A DNA stretch of 64,000 nt from Octopus sinensis (lineage: Eukaryota), in NCBI RefSeq assembly GCF_006345805.1, contig NC_043015.1, forward strand, positions 21,948,001-22,012,000. The letters are read 5' to 3'. The translations under genes and the position numbers were made by a program. Below, piece by piece: positions 11,643-25,471 of this stretch. The notes beneath the pieces are model-generated. The model was not told the origin of the DNA. It did no database searches and was given only the letters and a program-made list of their open reading frames with translations. Within the stretch, counting starts at the first letter, position 1. The number at the start of each line of letters is the position of its first letter.

Positions 11643-14269
11643 GCATATACATGCATACATATATTTAATGTTTGTGTTTGTAGATATGCCTATATGCTGT
11701 TTATATAATTTTACTGTAGCTGTTGGCATTTGTCTTGCAGCTGTTTATATATATTTTCGTATGTTATAATTATTTTTTTATTTCAAAAGTGTCGATTTAC
11801 AGAGCTTCACACAGTAAATACTTTCTACCAGGATTATATTTTAATACGCATTTTATTAATCTTTCCTTACACACAAACGCATCAGAAAGAAACCTAATTC
11901 AGTTTAAGCCTTTAGAAAATATGTTCTTGTAAAGGAATGCATTCCTACCAATCTTTTCAAGAGATGCAGATAATGGTTCAACCAAAATATAAGAATGAAT
12001 GAAAGAATAAAAGCAAAACAAAAAACAAACAAAAAAAAAACAGAATAAGAACATTCTCTCCACTTAAGGTTTTAAAAGCTCCTATAACATTTCGGGAAAA
12101 ATTCACATGTTCAAATATAAGAAAGTAATCATATATAACGGAGAAATGTGTTTTTCTTGATCGGTAGTTCGTATAGGTGTGCCATGATGTAAGTATTATC
12201 TAAATTCTTGCATTAGTGCATGTAATTGTTAAGTTATTTAGTGTGAGCAACATGAGTGGTTGTAGTGTGGGAACCTGACTTGTAGTTGAGAAGATGGCTT
12301 GAGTATTTCGTACGGGTGAGTAAAATGGTGGCTGATAACATCATTGAACCTTTCTGTTTTCGGTTCCCTGCCATCCATTTTCGGTTCCCTTTTAATATAG
12401 CAACTGAAACAGTGCGTGAACTTTCGCACCACAACGGTTGTTAGCAGTGAATGTTTATTACGTTTCTTCAAATCATTGAAAGACATTAGCGAAAGGAAGC
12501 CAAATGTGACAATTAACGAAGGAAACTTGTAAGAGTAACATTCAAAATTCCTGAACCGCAGCGAAATTTCTACGACATTAAAGAAACAACTGGAGCAGAA
12601 CGTAATTCTTTAGACCTTGTTCAACTCCAGATAATGAAGCATCGTAGAAAAGGCGCGTGGTAAAGGGTGGGTTTTCTTTTATAAGGCTTTTATGGAATTA
12701 AGCAGAAATTGGTGGGGCAGCATCTCTGGTTCCCATAAACAAAAGCAGCTAGAGCGAGCTTTGCCGATGTATAACACCAACATTTGCTCTCTTGGAATAT
12801 GGCCCAGTCATATAAAGAGCTTTTCCATGAATTTTATGATAGCCAATGAAAACCGGAAGATACATCACGTGTGACAAATGTCTGCTGCTGTTTACACTCG
12901 GAAAAGATCAAACGAATGGAGAGCCAGTGCATACGAAAGTTATACTAAATATATGACTAGATCGAGCTGTATGTGGCTCCACGTTTTGAAACATCTCGTA
13001 TATAACTAGGATATTTAGAAATTCTACCTCAGTGATTATTAGACTCATCAGTCTGGTTGTTTATGTCAAAACGTTCAGTAGCCCAGTGTAGAGAAAGTAT
13101 GACGGCCTCCGTTTAGAAAAAAAATAAATGAAAAGGAACGTCTGGAAGACAGCGAGAGAAAACTTAACAGAAAATGAATACGGGAAGAGTAAGGCAAAGA
13201 ACATTGCGCTCATAGCGTTGTTACCACAATAACATCCCTGGTAGAATACAGAGAGGTGAAGCAAATGATAGAATGCATAGTTCTTTACCACTATATATAT
13301 ATTTTGTATGATATATTTATGTTGTAGTTATGGAAAATTGTAGTAGCCCTACTCAAAATATTATTATTATTATTGTTTTTGCTGTTGCTGTTGTTGTTGC
13401 CACTGTTGTTGCTTTTGTTGGTGGGGGTGTTGTTTTGGTTATTGTTGTATATTGAAATAAACGGACAAAGCTGCATTTTATTTTGGAGCAACATTTTTCA
13501 CCCTGTTTTGCTAACAGAATGCTTCCATTTTTTTGAAAATCACTTATTCGCTTGAGTAAAAATAAAGGGCTACCTCGTGACAAATTTTTCTAGATACATT
13601 TTTACTGGCAAAGAGCCATTTGTGATATTTACAGACATTGGAATATGGCTTCCTAAAGTAGTAGGAACACGTATTCGCCTTAGTGCTCCTAGCAGTTGCT
13701 TATATAACATTAATAAATATGACCCTAAATTATGACCGATAAATTAAAAAGAGCTAGCTGCAGGGTTATGCAATCATTTGTATATCTGAATGTACAGAAA
13801 ATAGGGAAAAACTTCGAAATATAAGCAGTAAAAATAATCTTTCTAACTAACGACAGTAAGGGCAATAATCCGTTTTGAACATTTTGTTATTCAAAAGTAA
13901 CACAGAGGAACAATTTTGAACATAATTTCTGTTGAGTTTGAATTTTTCCTTTAGTTTAGACTAAAATTACCAAGCAGAGTTCAAAACTAGTTTTCTTCTA
14001 TCACGCCAAGTTCTTTTCTAAAGCGTACTCTCTCAATAAGTGCACATTTGTATTTTTTGTCAGTAAATAATAGGAATGGTGAGCTGCTTTTATTGAAATC
14101 ACCGAGTAATATTTTCCAAACGACTCTTAGTCGTCTAACTTTTATCAATTAGTTTTATCTAATTTGATGGCGCTAAGTTCAGAAATGCCTTCAGTCAATT
14201 TCTATCATTTGTGGATAGATATTTCTCTGAAAATGGAGTTTCATCAACTCAGGGGATGACATTTCTCTT

Positions 14270-14830
14270 TTAGATTTGCGTAAAGAACATTCATGAACGA
14301 CAATCTCTTTGCAGAGACAAGCAATAGTCATCCATCATAGTTGCATTCCATTGCGTTGATTTTTAGTCTCCGCGGGCCGTATGTCTTAGTGGAAGCTTTC
14401 ATCTTGCTCATCACATAATGTCGTATGATTTTCAGGGAAGTAATCTAGATGTCTGTAAGAAATGCACTTTTACACTCATACTGCAGCTCAGTGCTTCAGA
14501 ATCCTTTAATTTGATGCCTTCTTTTCCTCCACAAAATCAAACACAACTACTGCAAAAGTATTTTATGCCCTCCATTTCCACACAAGACATGGACGACAAA
14601 AACTGCTCTCTCCTACAGTAGTCACCTAATCTGTGGTCACTTCAAGCACAATAACCTTAATTTTCTCACAGAACAAAGCTGCAAAATTTCTACTTAGGAA
14701 TTTGAAAGAATCACTGTCTTAATGTTTCCACACACGTTTTACACAACATATCTGATGCTTAGGCTTTGTCTTGGCCACCCACCTTCATGCCTAAGTACGT
14801 TAGGTAAGCCTTCTTCAAAAATCTGATTTT
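14270..14830 (-). mobile_element. Chapaev3-like (CMC) transposase fossil with a large internal deletion
   Basis: Minus translation: KKAYLTYLGMKVGGQDKA*ASDMLCKTCVETLRQ, FKFLSRNFAALFCEKIK, MSVKVHFL..HLDYFPEN....DEQDESFH*DI....MMDDYCLSLQRD. These match the GDQDKxWAPH..C..C, SHLDxFPENLG..SDEqGERFHQDI and MxDYCWxLxRD motifs. The superfamily name is from memory. Confidence 0.65.
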
Positions 14831-14843
14831 CGCCGCTGCCTAT

Positions 14844-14900
14844 GTACGAGGGTGAGTAAAAAAGTAATGCCATTTTGTTTAGGACAGGTATGATTATTCA
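14844..14900 (+). mobile_element. Mariner-like terminal fragment
   Basis: Starts tacgagggtgagtaaaaaagtaatgcc, a TA-CGAGGG mariner TIR-type start. Confidence 0.4.
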
Positions 14901-15299
14901 TCTATCATCCCTTCCTCTCTCTTTGCCACTTTGTTTCATCTTTCTCATTGTTATTACTTTCTCTCATTCCTTCTCTGTCACTGCTATTACTCTGAATACT
15001 TCTCCTTCACCATATTAGTATTTCATGTCCTCTCCCTTCACATCTCACTCAATATATATACATATATGCTTGGATCATTTTACCGTTTGAAAGCGATCAG
15101 GTTCATTTTTAGTATTCGCGTTTGTGTGAACAGTCGATTTTCCCTCAGATATTCTCATTTTAAAAATCATCTCCGGTTAATCGTTGTTATTGCGTTGGTG
15201 GAAGTTTGCACTCTGTGAGTGCTCTTCTTATTAATATTAAGTTGACTCAGGTTCAGTTTTATTCCTGGCAGGATTTATGTAGGTAGCATGTTACTACCT

Positions 15300-15570
15300 G
15301 TAATTTTTGTTATCCACTCGTTTTCAATAGCATTTGAAGTGGTTATATGCCACCTTATCTTCCCTGTCCCTTAGAAGCAAACTTTCTATAGAAGCTCTAA
15401 AAGAGAATGTATTCCCATCTCCTTCAAATATTTGTCTATATCTTTGCTTACACTTCCCAATGAACCAATAACTATAGGCTCGAATTTTACACTTTTCATA
15501 TTCCAAATTCTTGCTATTTCAAATTTTAAGGGAGTGAATATTTTTTCGTCTTCTTTCTTTACGTTCATGG
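15300..15570 (-). mobile_element. Decayed 3' fragment of an RLE-type LINE (R4/Dong-like)
   Basis: KKEDEKIFTPLKFEIARIWNMKSVKFEPIVIGSLGSVSKDIDKYLKEMGI..LELL carries the same C-terminal motif class as 2981-3310. Confidence 0.7.
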
Positions 15571-15647
15571 AATGAAACGGACATAATGGATCAGTTAATA
15601 ATTTCGCTTTTCATCGGCTAGCGATGTTATGCTTGTTTTCTAATTTC

Positions 15648-15649
<2 letters not shown>

Positions 15650-15720
<71 letters not shown>
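15650..15720. repeat. (TTA)n tract, the probable tail/target of the adjacent element
   Basis: Directly visible. Confidence 0.95.
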
Positions 15721-16245
15721 GAATGAGAGAGCAGTGCATGCCCTCTGAGTGACACTGACCTAAAATATACGAGGCCCAGTATACGCATCATGAATGCCCG
15801 TCTGATGAGAGGACGCCAGGTACATGCATCACAACAATATGTGCGCGACATGATGATCCCATATCTAGATAAATAGCGCATGCTGTTGTAGTTGGGTCCC
15901 AGTTAGCAGGTGGAATGTCATAACCCTCTCAAAAGATCCCCGAATAACGGTTGTTTAAGGATGTTGAAGCACCCATGTTTCCAGAGGTGAATTATTCAAA
16001 TCTCAAAGAATTCCTCTGAACACATGGCTATGATGCTCCCCCAAGAACATTTGCTCGTAATCAGAGATGCACATATCGTCAGCCACCCTACAAAATGCTC
16101 AACTAGTTAAGATTGAACAACTGACAAGCAAATCCGTGGTATTGAGCAGAATATTTGCTGTAGGCCATCATTTATACCAAGACAAAACAATGTACATGAT
16201 AACACTTCCAATCAGTTACGATCAGAAGCCATGAGGGCCACTGTC
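15721..16245 (-). mobile_element. Non-coding ~525-bp interspersed retroposon ending in (TAA)n
   Basis: I recognise this as a common octopus repeat (gagagcagtgcatgcc...ccaagacaaaacaatgtacatgataacacttccaatcag). Its minus-strand 3' end runs into (TAA)n. No ORF. Confidence 0.6.
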
Positions 16246-17582
16246 TGTCTCTTATTGTTGTTGTTACTTTCGTTGTTGGTTTTGTTGTTGTTGTTGTTGT
16301 TATTTTGCGTATGTTGTTCGGTGGGGATTGTGTTATACATGCGGTTATATGTTTCATGTTACATATTTTACTGTCGAACTCCGATAATTGTTATGTATTT
16401 TTTCCATATTTCTACCGTTGCATGATGATTTTTGTTAATGTTTTACCTTCATACTTTGAATGGTGCCATATGTTTCAGTTTTGAATGTTGATTCGTGCTA
16501 ATTTGTCGCCAGTTCCTCGAAATATAGTATTATTTCTGAAAGAAATGAAAAACAACAGTCCCAAATATAACTGCAACAATTATAAAATCGATTTTCCATA
16601 TTGTAAGAATCATTTGAGACAAAACAATCGATAGCACAGACCAGAATTTCTGACAGTCCCTCATTGTTCTAGTCCAAACTAATAAAATTTGATGTCGACC
16701 TGGCTGTGATAATTAGAAGACTATATTTTAAAATTGAATTCAATTTAGCAAAGCCCATATTTAATCTAACATTTCTAAAAATGGCAAAGTCAAACAATGA
16801 AATACACCATAAAATCCAACATGAGAAACACAGAACGGTCAGAAACTTCTAAACCTGGAATTATGAATGTTATGAAACAACAATTGGAATCAATGTATGT
16901 AGAAAAACTACAATGAAATAATACCTGCCTGGTATATTACTGTGTTGGTGATGGTGCATTGAGACTGTTGAAATTGCATCATATTATAATGTCATTAGAT
17001 TTTTTAAACAATTATATTCTTTTATTAAAATCATTTGTCCTTTATAGCATCGATTTCTAATTATGTAAGAGAAAATATACTAATGCATTGAGCTTCACAT
17101 ATGTTAGACATAGTCTGAAAATATTTGAAAATTAATAGTATTTAATGTAATCAAAGTTGCAAAGTAGACTTGATATGGAGGTATACGAGCATTTGAAACG
17201 ATCATCTCGACTGTTCCATGACTGGAATTGTTACTAAGATGAAGCTATTAATCCTGAGCTGCATGTGGTTAAATGAGATAAAATATGTTACGACTGCCTT
17301 TCTAATTAATAAGGTCATCAAGTTTTGCTGCTTATATTTCTTAAAACTGAAAATTTATCGGACAGTGTAAGCAGCAATAATTTTATAGAAATATAAAGAG
17401 ACGTGAATATATTTCAAACGCTACAACTAGAGTTACGAATACTTAGCTATTAATGATCTAGACAGTGAACAATACACAGAAGAGGCATAATATTTTGAAA
17501 TAAATAATATGGACGGTTTAAATTAATAATTAAAATTGAAATAAAACGTGGGTATACGGTCATATATATATATATATATATA

Positions 17583-17625
<43 letters not shown>

Positions 17626-17640
17626 ATATATATCTATCTA

Positions 17641-17692
<52 letters not shown>

Positions 17693-18025
17693 AATATATC
17701 GGTGTGTCTGTTGTATATGTGTGTGTCTATGCTCGTCTGTATAATGTTACAGACATAACATTAAGAAGTGAAATTTAAAAGTATTCGACAGACATAATAT
17801 AAATAATAAAAGGAAGCTAACTATAATATTTCATTGACTCCAAAAATACTGATTATATTTACTACAAATACGAACTGTGCAATGCATTTCACTCAAAAGA
17901 TAACTGCTGCAAAATATCTACAGTGTGAAAAATAATCTGCAAATGAAAAATAAAGGGAAATTAATAGGAATCATGCAGGCACAAATAAATAAATCAACGA
18001 CTATTTTAACATTCGCTTCTTCGTA

Positions 18026-18985
18026 AGGTAGCGAGCTGGCAGAATCGTTAGCACGCCGGGCGAATTGCTTAGGTAGTAATTTGTCCGTTTTTACGTTCTG
18101 AGTTCAAATTCCGCTCAGGTCGATTTTTCCTTTTATTCTTTCGGGGTCGATTAAATAAGTACCAGTTACGCACTGGAGTCGATATAATCGACTTAATCCG
18201 TTAGTCTGTCCTTGTTTGTCCTCTCTATGTTTAGCCCCTTGTGGATAGTAAAGAAATAGGTATTTCGTCTGTCTCACGCTCTGAGTTCAATTTCCGCCGA
18301 GGTCGACTTTATTTTCCTCTTTTCGGGCTCGATAAATTAGGTACGTACTGGAGTCGATATAATTGACTGGCCCCTCTCCCAAAATTTCGGGCATTGTGCT
18401 TAGAGTAGAAAAGAATATTTTATTATTTGTAAGGTGGCGAATTGGTAGGACATTTAGTACGCCAGTTAAAATGCTTAGCGGTATTTCGTCTGCGTTACGT
18501 TGTGAGTTCAAATTCCGCCGAGGTCGACTTTGCCTTTCATCCTTTCGGGGTCGATAAATTAAGTACCAGTTACGCACTGGGGTCGATGTAATCGACTTAA
18601 TACCTATGTCTGTCCTTGTTTGTCCCCTCTGTGTTTAGCCCCTTGTGGGTAATAAAGAAATAGGTATTTAATCTGTGCTACGTTCTGAGTTCAAATTCCG
18701 CCGAGGTTGACTTTGCCTTTCATCCTTTCGGGATCGATTAAATAAGTACCAGTTACGCACTGGGGTCGATATAATCGACTTAATCCCTCTATTTGTCTTT
18801 GTCCTCTCTGTTTTTAGCCCCTTGTGGGTAGTAAAGAAATAAGTATTTCGTCTGCTGCTACGTTCTGAGTTCAAATTCCGCCGGTGTCGATAAATTAAGT
18901 AGCAATTGCGTACAAGGGTATATCTAACCGACCAGTCCTCTCCCCCAAAATTTCGGGCCTTCTGCGGAGAGTAATAAAGAATATT
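18026..18985 (+). mobile_element. Array of five family-1 SINE bodies forming two composite units
   Basis: Order: head-body-tail1-body-tail2 (18026-~18410), then head-body-tail1-body-tail1-body-tail2 (~18430-18985). Confidence 0.9.
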
Positions 18986-19734
18986 CAAGCATTCGAGGGA
19001 GGAAATAAAGTTGAAATATATTTTATCTCTATTAGTCAGGTGATTAATGAGTATCCACACAGTTCACAATTAGTGAACAAGTCAAAGGTAATTCCTCTAA
19101 GGTTACCCAAGTGACAGAGGGTAGAACTGAAACCTGCCAGAAGACAAAATTAAGCTAAACAGAGGTACGTAATGTCGGTTATTAATTCAGAAAATATCAA
19201 TCGTAAGATTTAGTACGACGACATTGTAAATCTGAAATATAATCTCATAAACGGGGACGTTATTTTTTTATATTGCAAGGAAGGAGGAACGGTGATGCTC
19301 ACATTGGCTGGATTGGAAGTTCACGCGTAAGAAACAGGGATCAATAACAAAACGCATTTTGTATTAAGAAAAAATGTATCCGTTTTTAAATATTTCCACC
19401 ATTCAATTTTCAATGACCACCCTTTGAACAGCATTCGTCGGCGTCGGCAAGAAAATGAAAGCGAAACGTAACTTTACACTGCGGTATATGTAAATAATAG
19501 ATTATCACACACATATACACTGCACATTGATAATAGCTCTTTCACATTACTATACGCGAACACAGACACACGTACATACACACACACACACTAATACCAA
19601 CACAGAGACTCTCTTCACTTGTCAGCTCATGTTCCATTTATGCAACCGTTTCTAGAGCAAATCACAGATATTCACTGACCCACCATACAATTTTACGAAC
19701 AAGCAAAATACTGTCCTCACATTCAGAGATAAAT

Positions 19735-19765
<31 letters not shown>

Positions 19766-20367
19766 AACACACACAAAATCTGATATACACACAGACACAC
19801 ATAAAACAGGTCTTTCACAAATAAGCACGCAGGGTGCCCAACGCACACTGCATACGACACAGCAAGAAACATGCAAGCAAAATCTACACCTGCCAACATT
19901 TTACATACAATTATGTATACACATATACAACGATATGTACAAAAGACAAAGATGAAACACCTTGCGTTCAATATTCTCTCACATACACTTGCGTTTATTG
20001 TTCTCTTTCGGTATCGAGACGTATCCTCGAAAATCGGAGATCTTCTCTTGAGCTTTCGATATTTTCACAATCGTCTTCCGTAATTCTCTTTATATCACCA
20101 CCTGAATTTTACGTATATACGAAGAAGGGAATATATCCGAAACGCTATACTCATGAGGCATTTTCATTTCTCTTACGTCGAGCTAAAATGTTTACAGTCA
20201 ATTTATCAAGTTGTATTGTTATTTTAGTTTTTAATTCGGTTTCTTCGATTTACACACACACACGCACGAACGCACGCACACACAGACACACGTACACACA
20301 CAAACACAAACACAGAGAGAGACATACACACAGATATATACATGAGTACACTTACTGTGTGCATTCA

Positions 20368-20416
<49 letters not shown>

Positions 20417-20460
20417 GCATGTATGTAAATATATATATATATATAAATATAAATATATAC

Positions 20461-20503
<43 letters not shown>

Positions 20504-21168
20504 TACATATATATGAATATACACATATATACATACTCCTATGTGTATATCACTACAAGTCTATGTAGGTATGTATAATTATTCAATTATACCGCATTCA
20601 AATGCAATTTCTAGCCTCAATGATTTTGGGTTTCTCTACTTTGTTGCTATAAAATTAATCATATGTATATCATATTTATTTTGTGCATTCAATTTAATGT
20701 CCATATGAATTGTGTTCTTTATTCAGATGTCTCTTCTTTGTAAAACAAAACATACATCTATACTTAAACATAGTTCTAAATTCACGCATAAAAACTTATA
20801 CGCATGTACACATAGGAGAATACGCCTATACTTACGTATGTACACACATATATTTGTAAATCTATTTACAATTATGTATGCATATATCATGAATCTACAC
20901 AAGCATATACGTAGAATGTATGTATGTATGCATTCATGTATGCATGTGTGTGTGATTATGTGCATGTGTAAATTTGGCTGAAGCCTGCCTGGTGTTACAT
21001 GTTATAGTTACACCCTCGTTCACACGACAACTTAATGCAACACAACTAATAGCATACGGCTTCAACGGAATATATCTAATTATATTATATAGAAAATATT
21101 GAGGTTATATTCACTCTTATTTATCAGAAGTAACGCTGTCTCTCTCTCTCCCTCCCTTTCACTGTCTT

Positions 21169-21233
<65 letters not shown>

Positions 21234-21239
21234 TCGTTT

Positions 21240-21510
21240 ACTCTTTTACTCATTTATTTGTTCCAGTCATGTGATTGCGGCCATGCTGGGGCAACGCCTT
21301 GAATCGAAAAATCCACTCCGTGACTTACTAGTTTTAAGCCTAGTACTTACCCTATCGGTCTCTTTTGTCGAACCACCACGTTACGGGGATTAAGTACACC
21401 AACATCGGTTGTCAAGCGACGGTGTGGTAAATGCCAGAGGTGCCATGGAGTGAGACTGAACTGGGGAGCATGTGATAGTGAAGTAAGAAGCGAACTTTCT
21501 TGTTCCTTGC
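21240..21510 (-). mobile_element. Family-2 SINE, partial
   Basis: Tail gattgcggccatgctggggcaacgcc, core cctagtactta..ctatcggtctcttttg, part of the head gactgaac..ggagcatgtg. Confidence 0.75.
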
Positions 21511-21569
21511 CACACAGTCACACCTGCACCCACCTATATATATATATATATATATATATAGCTGAAATT

Positions 21570-21720
21570 TACAAAAACCAAAAGACGAATACAAGTGTGT
21601 AAATAATAAACAGGTGCATCAGTTTAACGCTCGGCGTGGGGGGAGAAAGTCTTTTACGTTTCGAGCTTACGCTCTTCACCAGAAAGGAGCACAAGAAAAT
21701 AAGCGGAGAGAGAATAAAAA
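21570..21720 (-). mobile_element. PLE-type terminal repeat with a mutated minimal hammerhead (21651-21686)
   Basis: Minus strand reads CTTT CTGGTGA A GAGC-GTAA-GCTC GAA ACGT A AAAG (A6 changed to G). Homologous to 44390-44530 and 30300-30345. Confidence 0.6.
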
Positions 21721-22000
21721 AAGAAATTTTTCGTAGTTAGTGGTTAATCATGGCGATGGCCGGACGGATGTGGTCAGACAGCAGAGCTAGGAAGATGGAA
21801 AGATAATAAAGTTGTGAGAAGCATTTTGTAGAACATATTGTATAAAGGATCGTCGATAAGTTCAGAACAATGCGAAGTAAATGAAAGACAAACAACAAGA
21901 AAACACCTATATGAATTAATGTAGACTTACATCGTATTCAATATATCGGTGTTGTGACCCCATTTTCAAGAATTGAAGGAATGTTGCCGATGTGCGTATG

Positions 22001-22044
<44 letters not shown>

Positions 22045-22227
22045 TGAGTGTATTTCTACCTTGTTAACAACACGGAAAAATAAATAAATAGTTACCAAGG
22101 TAGCAAAAATTTCACAAGAAAAGAGGTTGTAACTTCTTGTTTATAAAGGTAGAAACTTCGTGTTTACCTGGAATTTTTTGTATAACATATGAATAAATAA
22201 ATGGAGTTTAACGCAGGTGTAAATCAA

Positions 22228-22456
22228 ATATTTCGCTTTCGACACATGTTTCGAAAATTCCACTGATACTATTCAGAAGAATAAATAGTATAAACAATGC
22301 AATCTTCTCTTCAGGAAAGTGAAGAAAACAAAACTCGTCAATAAGATATTTTAGCAAAAAATTATGGATTTGTACAGCAATTAACTGAACGCTATTAATA
22401 TTGTTTAATATTGAGTATCAGCGGAATTTTCGAAACATGTGTCGAAAGTAAAATAT
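22228..22456. repeat. 43-bp inverted repeats (22228-22270 / 22414-22456)
   Basis: 40/43 identical as reverse complements; they contain GAAACATGTGTC. Confidence 0.85.
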
Positions 22457-22458
22457 TC

Positions 22459-22500
<42 letters not shown>

Positions 22501-22502
22501 AT

Positions 22503-22544
<42 letters not shown>

Positions 22545-23289
22545 GTGTGTGTGTGTGTGTGTGTTTGTGTGTAACAATAAAAATTCGTTGCTTCCTCAAA
22601 TATTCTTGAGGCATAGTCAAACATATAAGAAATCCATTCATTGTAATATTTGAAGGCGAAAATTTCTCGCTGTCCACAAAAAGTGGAGTAGTTATACTCT
22701 CCTAAGTTTTAGTGACCGGAAAAACAATTGATGAGAACTTTGACGAGAGACAGGTCCATTTTAGCTATTACCGGCGCCATTCAGTGACTGATATATATAT
22801 ATATATTTGGCGAGGACTTTTCACTTTGGCACTCAACTATTACAAATTTCATTTCCGAATTATGTAGGCCATTACAGACACGTATTGCAGGTGTTGCCCA
22901 GTTTTGTTTATTCTTTACTTTAATTAAGGCCAAAGTCGTTTATGTAGATACTAACGCCTGCATATAGCGCCTATATTTCGATTTATGTATCATCAAACAG
23001 TGGTTAGTTTTGTTTGAACGTATTAAGTACTTCCAACGTGTTGATTTCCAGTTGGTAATTTGATATTCAAATGATTTCTGTTATTAATTGATTACGTCTA
23101 CGGGGAATTGCGTACAATATATATTTGTACTAAATTCCGATACTTGTCTCTCTACATTACCTTCTGTTGAGTGGGTGAGAACATTTAAATTTAGCTTCCT
23201 TCAAAGGAAACGAAAAGCCAGCAGGAGAGAAGTGTAGATTCAGTGACAATATAACTGAAAGAGCGGCGAACTTTTCAATCTAGTTACTG

Positions 23290-23857
23290 AATCATATTCT
23301 TTTAATATTCGATTAAATCGACCCTAGAGCGCAACTGATAGTTAGTTTATTGACTGCGAAAGGATGAAAGGCAAAGCCGACCTTGGCGGAATTTGAACTC
23401 ACAACGTAGCGTCAGACGAAATACCTATTTCTTTACTACCCACAAAGGGCTAAAAACAGAGAGGACAAACAAGGACCGACAAACAGATTAAGTCGATTAC
23501 ATCGACCTCAGTGCGTAACTGGTACTTAATTTATCGATCCCGAAATGATGAAAAGCAAAGTCGACCTCGGCGGAATTTGAACTCAGAACGTAGCAGCAGT
23601 CGAAATACCGCTAAGAATTTCGGCCGGCATACAAACGATTCTTTTCTACTCTAGGCCCAAAGCCCCGAAATTTTGGGTGATGGTGGGAGTCAATTAGATC
23701 GACACTAGTATGCAGCTGGTAGTTAATTTATTGACCCCGAAAAAATGAAAGGCTAAGTCGAAATCGGTGGAATTTGAACTCAGAATGTATAGACAAACGA
23801 AATACCGCTAAACATTTTGCCCGGCGTACTAACAATTCTACCAGCTTGCCGTCTTAA
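23290..23857 (-). mobile_element. Composite of three family-1 SINE bodies
   Basis: Minus strand: head-body-tail2, then partial head-body-tail1-body. Tail1 is followed directly by ggtatttcgtc. Confidence 0.85.
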
Positions 23858-24208
23858 AATAGCAAAATAGTAGTAAATCTATCTCGCTAGCCAACCACAT
23901 ACATCATCTAACAACTAGAAAAATATCATATTGGATATCCTGGGCCATGCTAGTTCCTGGGGTCCCATATCTAGGCCAGCGATCCACTACTTATGGACTC
24001 TGCCTGAAAGAAGCTCTTCAACTATTAATGCATAATTCATCGCAATTATGAAATAAATAACACAAAGATTTTACTACATGTTGCCATAGTTTCTATCGCA
24101 CCTTTAAATTCGTCAATAGATCCAAATGCAAACAAAATCAACACGCATAACAAAGCCATTCACTATCGTTACAATATATTTATATATGTATATATATATA
24201 TTTAATTG

Positions 24209-24251
<43 letters not shown>

Positions 24252-24338
24252 CGTGTTTGTGTGTACGTATGTAGACATGTGCACTTTATACGTACGCTTG
24301 TATATGTGTGTGGATATGTATATATACATATATATATA

Positions 24339-24373
<35 letters not shown>

Positions 24374-25247
24374 GTCTCTATACATGTGTATATATATGTA
24401 TGTGTTGTATATGCGTGTATGCATATGTGCGTATGTGCATATGTGTGTGTTCGCCTTTTCTTTACTTTTATCTTTTCCTTGTCTTTTCTTGTACCTCATT
24501 AGCAAGATAAGTATCTTAGAAACTAACTTGTTTCAATTCAATAATCGTTAGATTTTGCTGTTTTTATGTTAAAATTTTTTAAGTTTTAAGTTTATATTGT
24601 AACTTTTATTCTTTAATTTAACTTTAATTCTTAATCCTTTATCTCGTATCATTTTATTTCTACGAAGCTTTAAATACATTTCTGAATATCTGCACTATAC
24701 TATTGTCCTTTGTGACAACCTCTCACGCCGATGCAATACTTACATATCTCATTACATTTACTTTTATTTTTATTTTTATTTTATTTTTACCATTTTCCCC
24801 TATATTTTTTAATCATTTCTATCCTTTCTTTTTCTCTCTCCTCTCCCACCATACACCCACTCACAAAACACATTTATGTCTATCTTACTATCTTGCTCTC
24901 TATACACATTTATATACTATCTATCGATTCACTATGATTACCTTATTCAAAATACTTGGAATTTAAACTAAGGATCTGTACCTTCATGGAAGTACCGACC
25001 AACATCCATATCCCCTGGAAGAAGATATGTTGTGAACATTAATCTCCTGCCTGTTTTCTACCTTTACTCTTTATTCTTCTATTTTTTCTTTATAAACTGT
25101 GAATTTTCCTTGTCTAAAATGTTGATACCTTGTGCGTGAACATGCTGACCTACCAACAAGACTTCAATTCACATTACCTTAATTAAATTATTCGAAATGT
25201 CTTGAGATAAACGTTCTACTGCTTTGGTATAGATTGTTCCTGTAATG

Positions 25248-25321
<74 letters not shown>

Positions 25322-25471
25322 TGTGTGTGTGTGTATACATATACGTTTATGGTATAGTGTTGCAATATTCCTGATGTAAAACAGACATTGTTGTATTTCG
25401 GAACGATCGCTATTTTCCCCATTTTTGCGAAATAACCACGCGCACTATAAAATTCATTCTTCACTCGTTAA

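Noticed and set aside
12230-12900. Unique-looking sequence with short ORFs and CCAAT/CACGTG motifs
   Set aside because: No recognisable protein or promoter architecture; such short motifs occur by chance.
15942-16028. HDV-like pseudoknot on the minus strand (CCATGT/ACATGG, GAATAA/TTATTC, TTC-ACCTCTG-GAA)
   Set aside because: P1/P2/P3-like pairings exist, but there is no proper G1 pair, P1.1 register or short J4/2 with the catalytic C. Not supportable as a ribozyme.
24495-24530. Hammerhead-like CTCATTA GCAAGAT-AAGT-ATCTTA GAAAC
   Set aside because: Two core mutations and no stem I or cleavage triplet.
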